Source of the DNA: an uncultured archaeon
GTDB lineage: Archaea > Asgardarchaeota > Lokiarchaeia > Sigyniarchaeales > SOKP01
Assembly (NCBI GenBank): GCA_964447495.1
Contig: CAYUTF010000015.1
Coordinates: 10,387-56,065 of the forward strand
Length of the DNA stretch: 45,679 bases
Reading direction: 5' to 3'
The position numbers and the translations under genes were made by a program. The notes beneath the pieces were generated by a model. It made no database searches. It saw nothing but the letters and a program-made list of their open reading frames with translations, and was not told the origin of the DNA. Positions 17,970 through 28,923 of the stretch are shown here, piece by piece; within the stretch, counting starts at the first letter, position 1, and each line of letters begins with the position of its first letter.

Positions 17970-19004
17970 TTGCGTATCAAAATGGAAAAAACTACAGATA
18001 AATTACCATCTGATGAACCAGAACAATTATTAGTAAAATCACAAGATAATACTGACCCAAATTATGGATTAGAGCCGGAAAAAAGAAGTATTGATTCTTT
18101 ATTACAATATGGTGTTATAAATCTCGATAAACCCAGAGGGCCAACTAGTCATGAAGTTGTTTCATGGATTAGAAAAATTTTACAGATTCCTTTAGCGGGA
18201 CATGGAGGTACATTAGATCCGAAGGTAACTGGGGTTTTACCATGTGCTTTAGGAAAGGCAACAAGAGTACTATCAGCATTACTAACAGCTGGTAAAGAAT
18301 ATATTGGAATTATGTATCTACATAATCCCGAAAATATAAAAAAATTAGAAAAAGTATTTCAACTTTTTACGGGAGAAATATATCAAACACCACCTTTAAA
18401 ATCATCTGTAGTGAGAAAATTAAGAATTCGCGAGATCTATTATAATAAACTTCTTGAAGTGGAGAATAATCGTATTTTATTTTGTGTAGGTTGTGAAGCA
18501 GGAACATATATAAGAAAATTATGTTTTGATATTGGTGAAGCTTTATGCTCAGGAGCACATATGCTGGAATTGAGAAGAACAAGGGTTGGAAAATTTAGGG
18601 AAGATGATAGTCTAGTCACTCTTCAAAATGTTAAAGATGCGTTTAGGATATATATTGAAGAGGATGATGAATCATATCTAAGAAAAATAATATACCCTAT
18701 GGAAACGATGGTTGCTCATATCCCTAAAATATATCTTAGAGATACTGCTGTAGATGCTATCTGCCACGGTGCAGACTTAGCTGCTGCAGGAGTTTGTTTA
18801 GTTGATGCGAGAATAGATATTGCTTCGAAGGTTGCTTTAATGACTCTTAAGAAGGAACTTGTAGGGTTTGGTATAGCAAAAATGCATGCAATGAAGATTT
18901 ATAAAGCTAAATCAGGTATTATGGTAAGTACGAATAAAGTGTTCATGGAAAGAGGGACATATCCAAGATGGACTGAAACAAAAAGTAAAGATAAAGTAGG
19001 ATAA
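17970..19004 (+). CDS. cbf5: H/ACA pseudouridine synthase Cbf5 (likely start ATG at 17982)
   Basis: LDKPRGPTSHEV, GHGGTLDPKVTG, CEAGTYIR, ELRRTR, C-terminal PUA domain. Confidence 0.96.
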   Translation: MRIKMEKTTDKLPSDEPEQLLVKSQDNTDPNYGLEPEKRSIDSLLQYGVINLDKPRGPTSHEVVSWIRKILQIPLAGHGGTLDPKVTGVLPCALGKATRVLSALLTAGKEYIGIMYLHNPENIKKLEKVFQLFTGEIYQTPPLKSSVVRKLRIREIYYNKLLEVENNRILFCVGCEAGTYIRKLCFDIGEALCSGAHMLELRRTRVGKFREDDSLVTLQNVKDAFRIYIEEDDESYLRKIIYPMETMVAHIPKIYLRDTAVDAICHGADLAAAGVCLVDARIDIASKVALMTLKKELVGFGIAKMHAMKIYKAKSGIMVSTNKVFMERGTYPRWTETKSKDKVG

Positions 19005-19013
19005 TAGAAAAAT

Positions 19014-19646
19014 ATGAATCAAAAAGATGAACACTATTTTAATGAATTTTCAAATTCTAACGTAAAATTTCATACGGTATCTGTTAGTTTAAGGAAACAT
19101 TTATACATCTTTAAAACTATAACGGGTATATTCTCTTTCAAGAAATTAGATTTAGGAACAATGGTTTTAATTGAGAATATGATATTACCTAAAAACCCTG
19201 GTATACTACTTGATTTAGGATGTGGTTATGGTGCCATAGGTATTATATTAGCACATGAATCTCCTGAAAGTTCAGTTTATTTGACAGATATAAATAGGAG
19301 AGCACTTTGGTGTGCGAAGCAAAATATTCAGATTAATTTATCATCTTTAAAAAATAAAATGCATGTTCTCTATGGTAATTATTTTGAACCATTTAAAAAC
19401 AAAGAGATAAAATTTGAAGGTATTTATATGAACCCTCCTTTAAGATTAGGTAGAAAAGCATTTATAAAGCTTTTTGAAGAAATTCCTATTTATTTAAGGA
19501 AGAATTGCACATTTCAGTTCGTTATTAGAAAGAAAATGGGTTCGGAATATATTTATAACTACTTAATAGAAACTTTTACTAAAGAACATATTGAAATCAT
19601 ATGTAAGAGAAGTGGATATTGGGTCTTTAAATATATACAAGATTAA
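19014..19646 (+). CDS. RsmC/MTS-like class I SAM-dependent methyltransferase
   Basis: GIFSFKKLDLGT, LDLGCGYG, MNPP, SGYWV. Confidence 0.88.
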   Translation: MNQKDEHYFNEFSNSNVKFHTVSVSLRKHLYIFKTITGIFSFKKLDLGTMVLIENMILPKNPGILLDLGCGYGAIGIILAHESPESSVYLTDINRRALWCAKQNIQINLSSLKNKMHVLYGNYFEPFKNKEIKFEGIYMNPPLRLGRKAFIKLFEEIPIYLRKNCTFQFVIRKKMGSEYIYNYLIETFTKEHIEIICKRSGYWVFKYIQD

Positions 19647-19744
19647 ATTTTTACAAATAATTTAAGATATCGTGAGAACTCTTGAAAAAATAGTAAAATT
19701 TTTTAGAAATACAACACTTAATTAATAATAATTTGTGAGAATAG

Positions 19745-20011
19745 ATGATTTTTTTGACTAAAAAAAGAAAGATCGACGTTTTGCTCCATGAATTAGTTCC
19801 TAAGCATTATCTTCTAACAAAAGAGCAATCACAGAAATTGCTAGATCATTTTAAAATTACAATCAATGATTTGCCTCAAATGTTTGAAAAAGATCCTGTT
19901 GCCATAGCTATTGGAGCGAAAGAGGGAGATATTGTTAAAATTGTTCGAGATTCTCATACTACGGTAAAATCAGTAGATTATTACCGATATGTTAAAAAAG
20001 AAAAAGTTTAA
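19745..20011 (+). CDS. rpoH: RNA polymerase subunit H (Rpo5)
   Basis: HELVPKH, LPQM..DPVA, GDIVKIVRDS, YYRYV. Confidence 0.96.
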   Translation: MIFLTKKRKIDVLLHELVPKHYLLTKEQSQKLLDHFKITINDLPQMFEKDPVAIAIGAKEGDIVKIVRDSHTTVKSVDYYRYVKKEKV

Positions 20012-20054
20012 AGATTATTAACTTAAAAAATATTGATTATAGGTTTAAACAAAA

Positions 20055-23000
20055 TTGATTTCTGAAAAATTATCAAATAGCGATAAATGGGTAGTTCTGA
20101 AAAGTCTGTTCGATGAAAAAGGCTTAGTTCGACAACATCTTGATTCATATAATAATTTTATCAAATATGAAATGCAAGATATTGTTGATGAATCCGGTGA
20201 AGTTATCCCAGATATTCCAGGATTTAAAATTAAATTTGGGAAAATAAAAGTTGGTGTACCTAAAGTAAGAGAAGCAGATGGCGCTACTATGGAAATTACC
20301 CCAATTGAGGCTCGAATTAGAGAATTAAGTTACGCAGCAGATATTACCTTAGAAATGACGCCAATAACCATTGATGAACGTACCCAAAGGGAAGAGGCAG
20401 AAGAAACATTAGAAATTTATATCGGAAAGATTCCGATTATGTTAAAAAGCTGCCGTTGTCCGTTAGAATCTCTTACTGAGCAAGATTTAATTAATAGGGG
20501 AGAAGATCCTCTTGACCCCGGTGGATATTTTATAATAAATGGGACGGAGCGTGTATTGGTCACTCAAGAAGATCTCGCCCCTAACAGAATTTTGGCTGAA
20601 GAAGCTAGTAGAAGTTCAAGTGCAACCCATCAAGCAAAAGTATTTTCAACTCGAAGTGGATTCAGAGCACCAGTTACAATCGAAAGGAAAAAGGATGGTA
20701 ATTTAAGAGTCTCCTTTCCATCGGTCCCTGGTAAAATCCCATTAGCTATACTAATGCGTGCGTTAGGACTCCATTCTGACAGGGAGATTTTTGAAGCAAT
20801 TTCAGAAAATGAGGAAATTCAAAAAGAATTAATACCAGTAATAGATGTGGCTTCTGAGATTCAAGTTTTAAAAGATCCTGAAAAATCAGAACAAAATGCG
20901 CAAGATTATATTGGAAAGCGTGTTGCCATAGGGCAAACAAAAGACTATCGTATCAGAAGAGCTCTTCAAGTATTAGATCGATATTTATTACCTCATATTG
21001 GAAACACTGAAGAAGATAGAATAAAGAAAGCATATTATTTAGGACAAATGGCTCAAAAAGTTATGGAGTTAGCTTTAGGGCTTAGAGAGCCGGATGATAA
21101 AGATCATTATGCTAATAAGAGGTTAAAATTAGCAGGAGAATTATTTACATCGTTATTTAGAGTAGCATTTTTAAATCTTGTAAAAGATATAAAATATCAA
21201 TTAGAAAGAACCGCAGTCAGAGGAAGAGCACCAAATATTAAAACCGCTGTAAGAGCAGATGTTATAACTGAAAGAATCAGACATGCGTTAGCAACGGGAA
21301 ATTGGGTTGGTGGAAAAGCAGGAGTTAGTCAATTATTAAATAGAACAAATCATGTTGGAACCTTAAGTCATCTCAGAAGAGTAATATCTCCTTTGAGTAG
21401 AAGTCAACCTCACTTTGAAGCGCGAGATCTACATCCAACTCAATGGGGTAAGATATGTCCCGCTGAAACTCCAGAAGGCCCAAATTGTGGGTTAGTTAAA
21501 AACCTTGGACTCGCATCGATAATATCTGTAGGGGCAGATGAAAGAATTATAGAAAATATCTTAGTAGATTTAGGTGTAATACCTATAAATGAAGTTAAAA
21601 ACGTTAGAGGAGATAAGGTAAAAGTTTTTCTGAATGGAAAATTAGTAGGTATCCATCAAAAATATAATCCATTCATTCGACAATTAAGAGAAAAAAGAAG
21701 AAAAGGCGAAATCGGACAGCATGTTAACATTGGCTATTATCATGATTCGAAAGAAATTCAAATAAATTGTGATGCGGGAAGGGCTACCAGACCATTATTT
21801 GTAATTAAAAATAAAAAAACGCTTATTTCTAAAGATGATATTGAAAAAGTTATTCAAAGTAAATATATTTGGTCAGATTTGATTCATAAAGGGGTGATTG
21901 AATACTTAGATGCGGAGGAAGAGGAAAATGCATATATCGCAATGTTTGAAGAAGATATTACAGAGGAACATACTCATTTGGAGATTTCTCCAGCTGCGAT
22001 CTTAGGGATATGTGCTTCAATTATTCCATTTCCTGAACACAATCAATCTCCTAGAAATACTTACGAAGCAGGAATGGTAAAGCAAGCATTAGGGTTATTT
22101 GCTGCAAATATGCATTTAAGACTTGACACAAGAGGTCATACTTTACATTATCCTCAGCAACCATTAGTAATAACTAGTCCAATGGAAATAATTGGGATAA
22201 ATAAACGTCCTGCAGGGCAAAATTTTATTATAGCTATGATGAGTTATGAAGGTTATAACATAGAAGATGCAATTATTATCAATAAAGCATCAATAGAACG
22301 AGGTTTAGCCCGAAGTCATTTCTTTCGAACATATGATGCTGAAGAAAGGAAATATCCCGGAGGTGAGGTGGATAAATTTGAAATTCCGGAGAGGGGAGTA
22401 CGTGGATTCAAATCTGCTGAATCTTATAGATTATTATCTGAAGAGGATGGTATAATTGAACCTGAAACGTCTGTTAATGGAGGAGATGTGCTAATTGGTC
22501 GTACTTCTCCCCCAAGATTCATTAAATCTTATGAAGAATTTGAATTAATGCAACCTACTAGAAGAGAAACCTCAAAAAATATGCGTCATAATGAAAAAGG
22601 AATAGTTGATACCGTTATAATTTCTGAAACTGTTGATGGAAATAAACTTGTTAAGATTAAAGTAAGAGATTTACGCATTCCAGAATTAGGAGATAAATTT
22701 TCTTCCCGTCATGGTCAAAAAGGAGTACTAGGACTTATTCAACCCGGTGAGGATATGCCATTTACGTCAAAGGGAGTAATACCAGATATTATTGTTAATC
22801 CTCATGCTATGCCTTCAAGAATGACATTGGGTCAATTATTCGAGGGTATTAGTGGGAAGATCGCATGTAGTACGGGTAAATTGGGTGATGCAACGGCTTT
22901 TGAATGGAAGGACATAACTAAATTACAAGAGCAATTAGTTGATGCGGGGTTTGAATTCAATGGAAGGGAAGTAATGTATAATGGAATTACAGGTGAAAAA

Positions 23001-23426
23001 TATGAAGCAGGAATTTATTGTGCCCCAATTTATTACCAAAAATTATACCATTTAGTAGCAGATAAACTTCATGCAAGAGCAAGAGGTCCGGTTCAAATTT
23101 TAACCAGACAACCTACTGAAGGCCGTGCACGTGAGGGGGGTTTAAGATTCGGAGAAATGGAGAGAGATTGCTTAGTAGGTCATGGGTCTGCTCTATTATT
23201 GAAAGAACGACTTTTAGATGAGTCTGATAAAACCGTAATTTTGGTTTGTGAAAAATGTGGACTTTTAGCAGTTTACGACAGAAATAGGGATAAAAGATAC
23301 TGTCCTGTATGTGGAGAGGGCACTATAATCTCAAAGGTAGTCTGCTCATATGCATTTAAGTTGTTATTACAAGAAATGATGTCTTTAGGTTTAGCTCCGC
23401 GACTTAAATTGAAAGAAAAAATATAA
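20055..23426 (+). CDS. rpoB: RNA polymerase subunit B (Rpo2), unsplit
   Basis: GGYFIINGTER, ETPEGPNCGLVKNL, GDKFSSRHGQKG, RQPTEGRAREGGLRFGEMERD, C-terminal Zn finger. Confidence 0.99.
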   Translation: MISEKLSNSDKWVVLKSLFDEKGLVRQHLDSYNNFIKYEMQDIVDESGEVIPDIPGFKIKFGKIKVGVPKVREADGATMEITPIEARIRELSYAADITLEMTPITIDERTQREEAEETLEIYIGKIPIMLKSCRCPLESLTEQDLINRGEDPLDPGGYFIINGTERVLVTQEDLAPNRILAEEASRSSSATHQAKVFSTRSGFRAPVTIERKKDGNLRVSFPSVPGKIPLAILMRALGLHSDREIFEAISENEEIQKELIPVIDVASEIQVLKDPEKSEQNAQDYIGKRVAIGQTKDYRIRRALQVLDRYLLPHIGNTEEDRIKKAYYLGQMAQKVMELALGLREPDDKDHYANKRLKLAGELFTSLFRVAFLNLVKDIKYQLERTAVRGRAPNIKTAVRADVITERIRHALATGNWVGGKAGVSQLLNRTNHVGTLSHLRRVISPLSRSQPHFEARDLHPTQWGKICPAETPEGPNCGLVKNLGLASIISVGADERIIENILVDLGVIPINEVKNVRGDKVKVFLNGKLVGIHQKYNPFIRQLREKRRKGEIGQHVNIGYYHDSKEIQINCDAGRATRPLFVIKNKKTLISKDDIEKVIQSKYIWSDLIHKGVIEYLDAEEEENAYIAMFEEDITEEHTHLEISPAAILGICASIIPFPEHNQSPRNTYEAGMVKQALGLFAANMHLRLDTRGHTLHYPQQPLVITSPMEIIGINKRPAGQNFIIAMMSYEGYNIEDAIIINKASIERGLARSHFFRTYDAEERKYPGGEVDKFEIPERGVRGFKSAESYRLLSEEDGIIEPETSVNGGDVLIGRTSPPRFIKSYEEFELMQPTRRETSKNMRHNEKGIVDTVIISETVDGNKLVKIKVRDLRIPELGDKFSSRHGQKGVLGLIQPGEDMPFTSKGVIPDIIVNPHAMPSRMTLGQLFEGISGKIACSTGKLGDATAFEWKDITKLQEQLVDAGFEFNGREVMYNGITGEKYEAGIYCAPIYYQKLYHLVADKLHARARGPVQILTRQPTEGRAREGGLRFGEMERDCLVGHGSALLLKERLLDESDKTVILVCEKCGLLAVYDRNRDKRYCPVCGEGTIISKVVCSYAFKLLLQEMMSLGLAPRLKLKEKI

Positions 23427-23521
23427 AATCTTTTTCTAAGTTTTTATTTTTAATTTTAAATGAAATATTATAGTATCTAAAGAGTAGTTATATATAGAAA
23501 AAAAAATAAAAAAATTTATTA

Positions 23522-23938
23522 TTATATCACGAATCCAAGAAAGCTTGCCAGTCCGGGTATGAGCGTATAGAGAAGGAATAGAAAAAACAAGGTCAATAAT
23601 GATATCCATAAAGCATTATCCCACGCAACATCTAATAGAAATTTAGTAAGTAACAATATGATTAAAAAACCGATTATTGGAATTAAAAGCGTCAAATAAT
23701 TACCATCACTCCATGGAATTTCATTAAAAATTCCAAATACAGAACTAATTGCACCTAAAACCAATGGAATTACTAGAACACATATAAAAGCTAAAAGAAT
23801 TATTAAAAATTTTTTGTCAGAGGCTTTTGTTTTGTTCTCTATAAGCAATACCGCTATATAAATTATCAGAGTGACGATGACGGTCGCAAGAATTAACCAT
23901 AATATAAACATTAACGTTGCTTCAGCTTGAAATAGCAT
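23522..23938 (-). CDS. Hypothetical membrane protein (about 4 TM)
   Basis: Four long hydrophobic stretches. Confidence 0.75.
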   Translation of the reverse strand: MLFQAEATLMFILWLILATVIVTLIIYIAVLLIENKTKASDKKFLIILLAFICVLVIPLVLGAISSVFGIFNEIPWSDGNYLTLLIPIIGFLIILLLTKFLLDVAWDNALWISLLTLFFLFLLYTLIPGLASFLGFVI

Positions 23939-24073
23939 TTTTTATCCTTAATCCAATTTATTTGAATTAAATTTTTTTTTTTAATTATAGCTAATTTAAT
24001 TTTCTTCTTTTTTAAATATTGAGTATATAATTTGTAGATCGGAGAAATTAGTAATAGAATATTTTCTAAGAAG

Positions 24074-24313
24074 TTATATACCAAAATTAAGAAGGAAGAA
24101 GTGAAATGCAAAACCCAATAAAACAGATGCGATTGCAATAGAAATAACTGAAAGTTTTATTGATACTTCTCTTCCATATTTTGTATATATGACTAATATG
24201 ACTAAAGCAATGATTCCAATTACTAAGAAAAACCAAGCTAGAATCCATAAAGTTAATGAAGGGACTTCAAATTCACTTATTTGCAGTAAAGTTAATAACA
24301 TGAGACATTTCAC
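24074..24313 (-). CDS. Small hypothetical membrane protein (about 2 TM)
   Basis: Two hydrophobic helices around YTKYGRE. Start uncertain. Confidence 0.7.
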   Translation of the reverse strand: MKCLMLLTLLQISEFEVPSLTLWILAWFFLVIGIIALVILVIYTKYGREVSIKLSVISIAIASVLLGFAFHFFLLNFGI

Positions 24314-24545
24314 AATTTTTTCAGCGATAATTTAATTAAATAAAGATTTTTTTTTAATTTTATTAAATTATATATACAAAATTCACAATAAAAGTTTTTC
24401 AAATAAGTTGATTAAGCAAAAATTTATCTTGCCAATATCTTAAAGAGAAAAAATTTTAACTTATTTAATATTTAAATCTTAAAGAAAAGAACATAATATA
24501 ATTTAAAATATAGTAAAATACATGCTAAATAGAGTTGTATATTAA

Positions 24546-25328
24546 ATGCATTTTTTGAAAGAATTGATTGAAAATCCTAAATTAGAAAATCCCACAAAAA
24601 ATAACATGAATATACATCGCCATTTCTATCGATATTCTAAAGGTGATTTTATTGGTCCTGCTATTAAAATATCTTTAAGTAGTTCAAAAATATCAATGAA
24701 AGGATCTCATGAATTTGAAGATTTAATAACTGAGCTTGTTGTAAATTCTATATCTAATAACAAACAAGTATTAGATATTAAAGGAAATTTATTTTCAGGA
24801 GTAGATATAAATAAAACTTTAAGGGAATATGGTTTAAATTGGGATGTTAAACAATCAAAAGGACAAACTAAAAACTATAAAGCTGCAATTATTGAGAAAA
24901 TTAATAAAGAAACCTTATTGAAATTAATAGATGTTCTACGTGCAAATAGTTATTTCTTAATATCATTTGAATTAAATCCATCTTGTAAGGTGGTAACTAA
25001 AAAAAATATCCCGCAACCTTCCAAAAAAAAAGTAGAGGAAGATGATGTTAACAAAAGAATAAGTTTCTGTACAGGTAATATTGAAAATACGAATGATAAC
25101 CTTAAGAGTGTAATTGAGAATATAATTCCCGATTTTGCATCTGATTTACCAAAAAATTGGAAATCAATGGTTCTTCTAAATAACTATAAAATCACAGATA
25201 TCGAATTACCGAAAGATGTTAAAGACTCAAGGATGTTAAGGATTTTAGCAATTAGAAAAGGAAGGTTATCTCGTTCAATCGAAGTAGACTCTGAAATAAT
25301 AGAAAAGCAATATTCATTCGTTGTTTAA
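24546..25328 (+). CDS. Conserved hypothetical archaeal protein
   Basis: 260-aa ORF with HRHFYRYSKGDF.GP and terminal AIRKGRLSR. No function assignable. Confidence 0.75.
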   Translation: MHFLKELIENPKLENPTKNNMNIHRHFYRYSKGDFIGPAIKISLSSSKISMKGSHEFEDLITELVVNSISNNKQVLDIKGNLFSGVDINKTLREYGLNWDVKQSKGQTKNYKAAIIEKINKETLLKLIDVLRANSYFLISFELNPSCKVVTKKNIPQPSKKKVEEDDVNKRISFCTGNIENTNDNLKSVIENIIPDFASDLPKNWKSMVLLNNYKITDIELPKDVKDSRMLRILAIRKGRLSRSIEVDSEIIEKQYSFVV

Positions 25329-25430
25329 CAAGAAAAAATTAAAATATATACAAGCTAGTGTAAAATAATTTTATTTTTAAAGAAAAATTAATACATTTCA
25401 TTAATAATAGAAAAAAATAAGTGGAAAACC

Positions 25431-26021
25431 GTGAAAGAATTAAGTCCTTTGTTAAGATCCTTATTATTTATCATAGGAGGAGATATTGCGATAGAGATCG
25501 GTATTGAATTATTAAATTCAGAAAATAAGGATATTACCGATGAGGATATTACAGAAAATATTAAGGAAAGAATTGAATCTGAGGGGAGAAAAGTTGATTT
25601 TGAACCAGATGATAGTGAAATATTAAAATTAAATACTGTACGGAAAACATTATACAAATTATATAGTGAAAAACTTGCTCAATTTAGACGAATTCGTGAT
25701 AAATCTACAGGATGGTTTATATATTATTGGTGGCATGAATTTGATTTGCTTGAGGAAATCTTAATGGAGAAAAAGAAGTTAGTGGAAGGAAAATTAAGAG
25801 AAAGATTAGAATTTGAACAAGAGAATTATTTTTTCACATGTAAAAATTGTGTTGATAACAAAATAAAATATAACTTTGAGGATGCCTTCGAAATGAATTT
25901 TAGATGTCCTGAGTGTGGTGGTTCTTTAGAAGCACAAGATAATGATAAATTAATTCAATTCTTAAAGGAAAAAATTGCCAGATTAGAAAAATCTAACTTA
26001 ACTGTGGATTCTACCAAATAA
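25431..26021 (+). CDS. tfe: Transcription factor E (TFE alpha)
   Basis: LNTVRKTLYKLY, RIRDKSTGWFIYYW, Zn ribbon C..C / FEDAFEMNFRCPECG. Confidence 0.94.
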   Translation: MKELSPLLRSLLFIIGGDIAIEIGIELLNSENKDITDEDITENIKERIESEGRKVDFEPDDSEILKLNTVRKTLYKLYSEKLAQFRRIRDKSTGWFIYYWWHEFDLLEEILMEKKKLVEGKLRERLEFEQENYFFTCKNCVDNKIKYNFEDAFEMNFRCPECGGSLEAQDNDKLIQFLKEKIARLEKSNLTVDSTK

Positions 26022-26120
26022 GAAACCACATTCTAAATTCAAGGATATTTATATTTATCATTTGATATTATTAATTTTATATTCTTTTATATAGAAATTA
26101 TATTATATATAAGGAGATAA

Positions 26121-28139
26121 ATGACTAAAAGAATAGGTACTTGTTCAAAAGATTGCTATGGGTCTTGTGTCTTTATTGGAGAATGGGACGATCAAGCTCA
26201 TGAACGAAAATTTTTATATGCAAAACCTCTAAAAAACCATCCATATACTAACGGTTTTTTTTGTCAGAAATTAGGGAATCGTGAAAATTTAATCTATCAT
26301 CCAAGCAGATTAAAAGAAGCTCTAATTCGTATTGGTAATAAGGGTGAGAATAGCTTTAATGAAATTCCTCTAAATAAAGCAATATCGATTATTGGAGGAA
26401 AGTTAAAGGAAGTAATTCAGGATTATGGAAGTGAATCCGTATTAGCTGCTTTTAATGCAGGAAATAGTGGTCTTTTATCGAGATTTGCTCCATTAAGATT
26501 TTTTGGAAAATTAGGAGCAACAATTACAACAGGAGGCATTTGTAATGAGGGAGGTTGTGCAGGTCTGTCACAATTATTTGGAACTTATTCAACGACTAAT
26601 CCTTTTCAATTAATAAATCCTGAAACTTCTTTAATAGTGAATTGGGGTAGTGATGTTGTAAATAGGAATATTCATACCTATTATTTAATTAAAAAAGCCA
26701 TTAAAAATGGTGCAAAATTAATATCAATTGATTCTAGAAGAACTCCTATTTTTAATGATTCGGAGTTAAGCATATCGATTGCTCCTGGGATGGATTATTT
26801 ACTAGCCCAACTCATATTAAAGTTAGTTTTAGAAGAGGAAGCCCATGATAAGGATTTCTTAATGACATATACAGCGAATTTTGAGAAAATTTTATTAGAT
26901 CTAAATAAAATTGATAAGATTAAGATATTAAATCACTTAAAAATAAAATTAAATGTTGTTCAAGAATTAGTACAGAGAATAATCGAATGTAAACATCATA
27001 CTATTTTTAATATTGGTTATGGTATCCAAAAAGATTATTTTGGAGGCAGAATAGTCCAATTTATCGCTCTTATCCAAATACTATTAGGTAATATAGGCAA
27101 ACCAGGCACAGGTATAATTTATTCGCAGAGTGATTTCAATAGACCCATTATAAATCTTTTGATTAAATACATTACTCAAGTAGATTCTTATAAACCTCTT
27201 AAAAAAATTGAATTGATTTCCTTAGGACGGGAATTATCTACAAATGATTATAAAGTGCTTTTTGTTTATAATTTTAATCCTGCAAGTTCATTACCGAATC
27301 AAAATCAATTAAGAAAATCTTTATTAAGAGAAGACCTATTTATTGTAGTCCAAGAATTATTTTTAACTGAAACTACAAAATATGCGAATATTGTTATCCC
27401 TTCTAAATTTGATGTGGAATCAGATGACTTAATAGCTCCATATTACATCCCAGGACTTTCAATTAATCAAGCAGGGACATGTCCTTATGAAAATTGTTTA
27501 ACTAATTATGAATTTTATCAAAAATTAGCCTTAGAAATGGAATGGCAAAAATCAGATTTATTCCAAGAGAGTGATTTTCAATTAGTACAGAATGCTTTGA
27601 AACTTCTTCCTGATAATATACGGGAGAATATTAAGGATCACGGCTTCCATATATTTTTCAAAAAAAACGACATTCCGTTCAATAACCTCAAGTTTCCAAC
27701 ACTTAATGGAAAAATTCAATTAGATAATCTTTCTTTTAATTTTGGAGTTCATGAATTGAATGAAAAAATGCAAAGAAAATCAGATGAGTTTCTGCTAATA
27801 ACTCCATCATATAAATATTTTCTCCATTCTCAATTAGGGCAGATAAATTTTAATTTACTAGATGTTTTTGATAGGATTTACTTAAATCCACTAGATATTA
27901 AAAATCTAAAATTAGATGTTGGTCAAAAAGTATTGGTTTTTAATAATCTTGGGACTGCTAATTACATATTAGATGAATCTATATATCTTAGCCCTGGTAT
28001 AGCTTTGATTTATTCTGGAGTACCAATGATGTTTTCTAAAAGTGTAAATCCTAATCTCTTTATTTCTAGCAGATCAGAAGAATTAGGCTTTTCAGGAGCT
28101 TATAATTCAGCCATAATCAAGGTGAAAAGAAATGTATAA
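26121..28139 (+). CDS. Molybdopterin (bis-MGD/DMSO reductase family) oxidoreductase catalytic subunit
   Basis: CSKDCYGSC...C Fe-S motif, HPSRLKEALIR, GICNEGG, GNIGKPGTG, FNPASSLPN, ELFLTETTKYANIVIP. No Tat signal. Confidence 0.85.
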   Translation: MTKRIGTCSKDCYGSCVFIGEWDDQAHERKFLYAKPLKNHPYTNGFFCQKLGNRENLIYHPSRLKEALIRIGNKGENSFNEIPLNKAISIIGGKLKEVIQDYGSESVLAAFNAGNSGLLSRFAPLRFFGKLGATITTGGICNEGGCAGLSQLFGTYSTTNPFQLINPETSLIVNWGSDVVNRNIHTYYLIKKAIKNGAKLISIDSRRTPIFNDSELSISIAPGMDYLLAQLILKLVLEEEAHDKDFLMTYTANFEKILLDLNKIDKIKILNHLKIKLNVVQELVQRIIECKHHTIFNIGYGIQKDYFGGRIVQFIALIQILLGNIGKPGTGIIYSQSDFNRPIINLLIKYITQVDSYKPLKKIELISLGRELSTNDYKVLFVYNFNPASSLPNQNQLRKSLLREDLFIVVQELFLTETTKYANIVIPSKFDVESDDLIAPYYIPGLSINQAGTCPYENCLTNYEFYQKLALEMEWQKSDLFQESDFQLVQNALKLLPDNIRENIKDHGFHIFFKKNDIPFNNLKFPTLNGKIQLDNLSFNFGVHELNEKMQRKSDEFLLITPSYKYFLHSQLGQINFNLLDVFDRIYLNPLDIKNLKLDVGQKVLVFNNLGTANYILDESIYLSPGIALIYSGVPMMFSKSVNPNLFISSRSEELGFSGAYNSAIIKVKRNV

Positions 28140-28154
28140 ATAATCAATCTTTAG

Positions 28155-28682
28155 TTATTTCTTCTTTTTAATGAATGCTATATCCCCAAGTGTTGAGCTC
28201 GTTGACTTTTTCATATATTTACTACTTTGGGCACTTGGTTCAACCGCATCTATTTCTTTTAATATTTTAATATTATACATATTCTCAATTTTTTTTGCAA
28301 GTTTAATTGTAGGTTCTACTTTTCCTGCCTCGATTCTTCTTAATAATGACGGTTTTTCATTTAATTTTTGAGCGAATTGATCTTGGTTCAAACCTCTGGA
28401 AATCCTTGCCTTATGAATTATTTGAGCATAATTCGATGATATTTCAACATTCTCAAATTTGTCTTCTTTCCGATATATTTTTCTGGGAGGGGAAGCTTTC
28501 GGTTTTACTCCTTTTTTTTGACTATATTTTTTAGGAGGGTCATAAATTAATTTTCCTTCTTTAGCGCAGTTCTGGCAAACCGTGATTTTAGCCCCTTCAA
28601 TCAAAACTCTTTTACCCTTCCAGATCATCCCACCACATATTGGACATTGTTTATCAAATTCATTCATATTTTTATTTGACAT
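28155..28682 (-). CDS. mbf1: Archaeal multiprotein bridging factor 1 (aMBF1)
   Basis: CPICG...IEGAKITVCQNCA Zn ribbon, Cro-type HTH (ARISRGLNQDQFA..IEAGK), TLGD. Confidence 0.93.
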   Translation of the reverse strand: MSNKNMNEFDKQCPICGGMIWKGKRVLIEGAKITVCQNCAKEGKLIYDPPKKYSQKKGVKPKASPPRKIYRKEDKFENVEISSNYAQIIHKARISRGLNQDQFAQKLNEKPSLLRRIEAGKVEPTIKLAKKIENMYNIKILKEIDAVEPSAQSSKYMKKSTSSTLGDIAFIKKKK

Positions 28683-28747
28683 AGATTGACCTTAATTGAT
28701 ATTTTTATAAAGGATATAAGATATATATAACATTAAGTTCAGAACAC

Positions 28748-28760
28748 TTATAATTTTCGG
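28748..28760 (-). promoter_or_regulatory. Candidate BRE-TATA promoter of mbf1
   Basis: Minus strand CCGAAAA-TTATAA about 65 nt upstream of the ATG. Confidence 0.4.
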
Positions 28761-28923
28761 TTTTAAAGTAAGATTTGTTATAAAATATAACCTATAAACT
28801 TTTTAGAAATCGACATTTTAATGATACTTGAGTATTACCTTAAATTTAAATGAAAGAAAATTTATTATTAAATTAAAAAATTATCTTAAAAATTAAGACT
28901 AGTTAAGAAGGGGTAATTTCTTT

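Noticed and set aside
17970-19004. BHB mRNA intron in cbf5, as found in some crenarchaea
   Set aside because: The reading frame is continuous through the N-terminal LDKP.GPTSHEV region, with no insertion.
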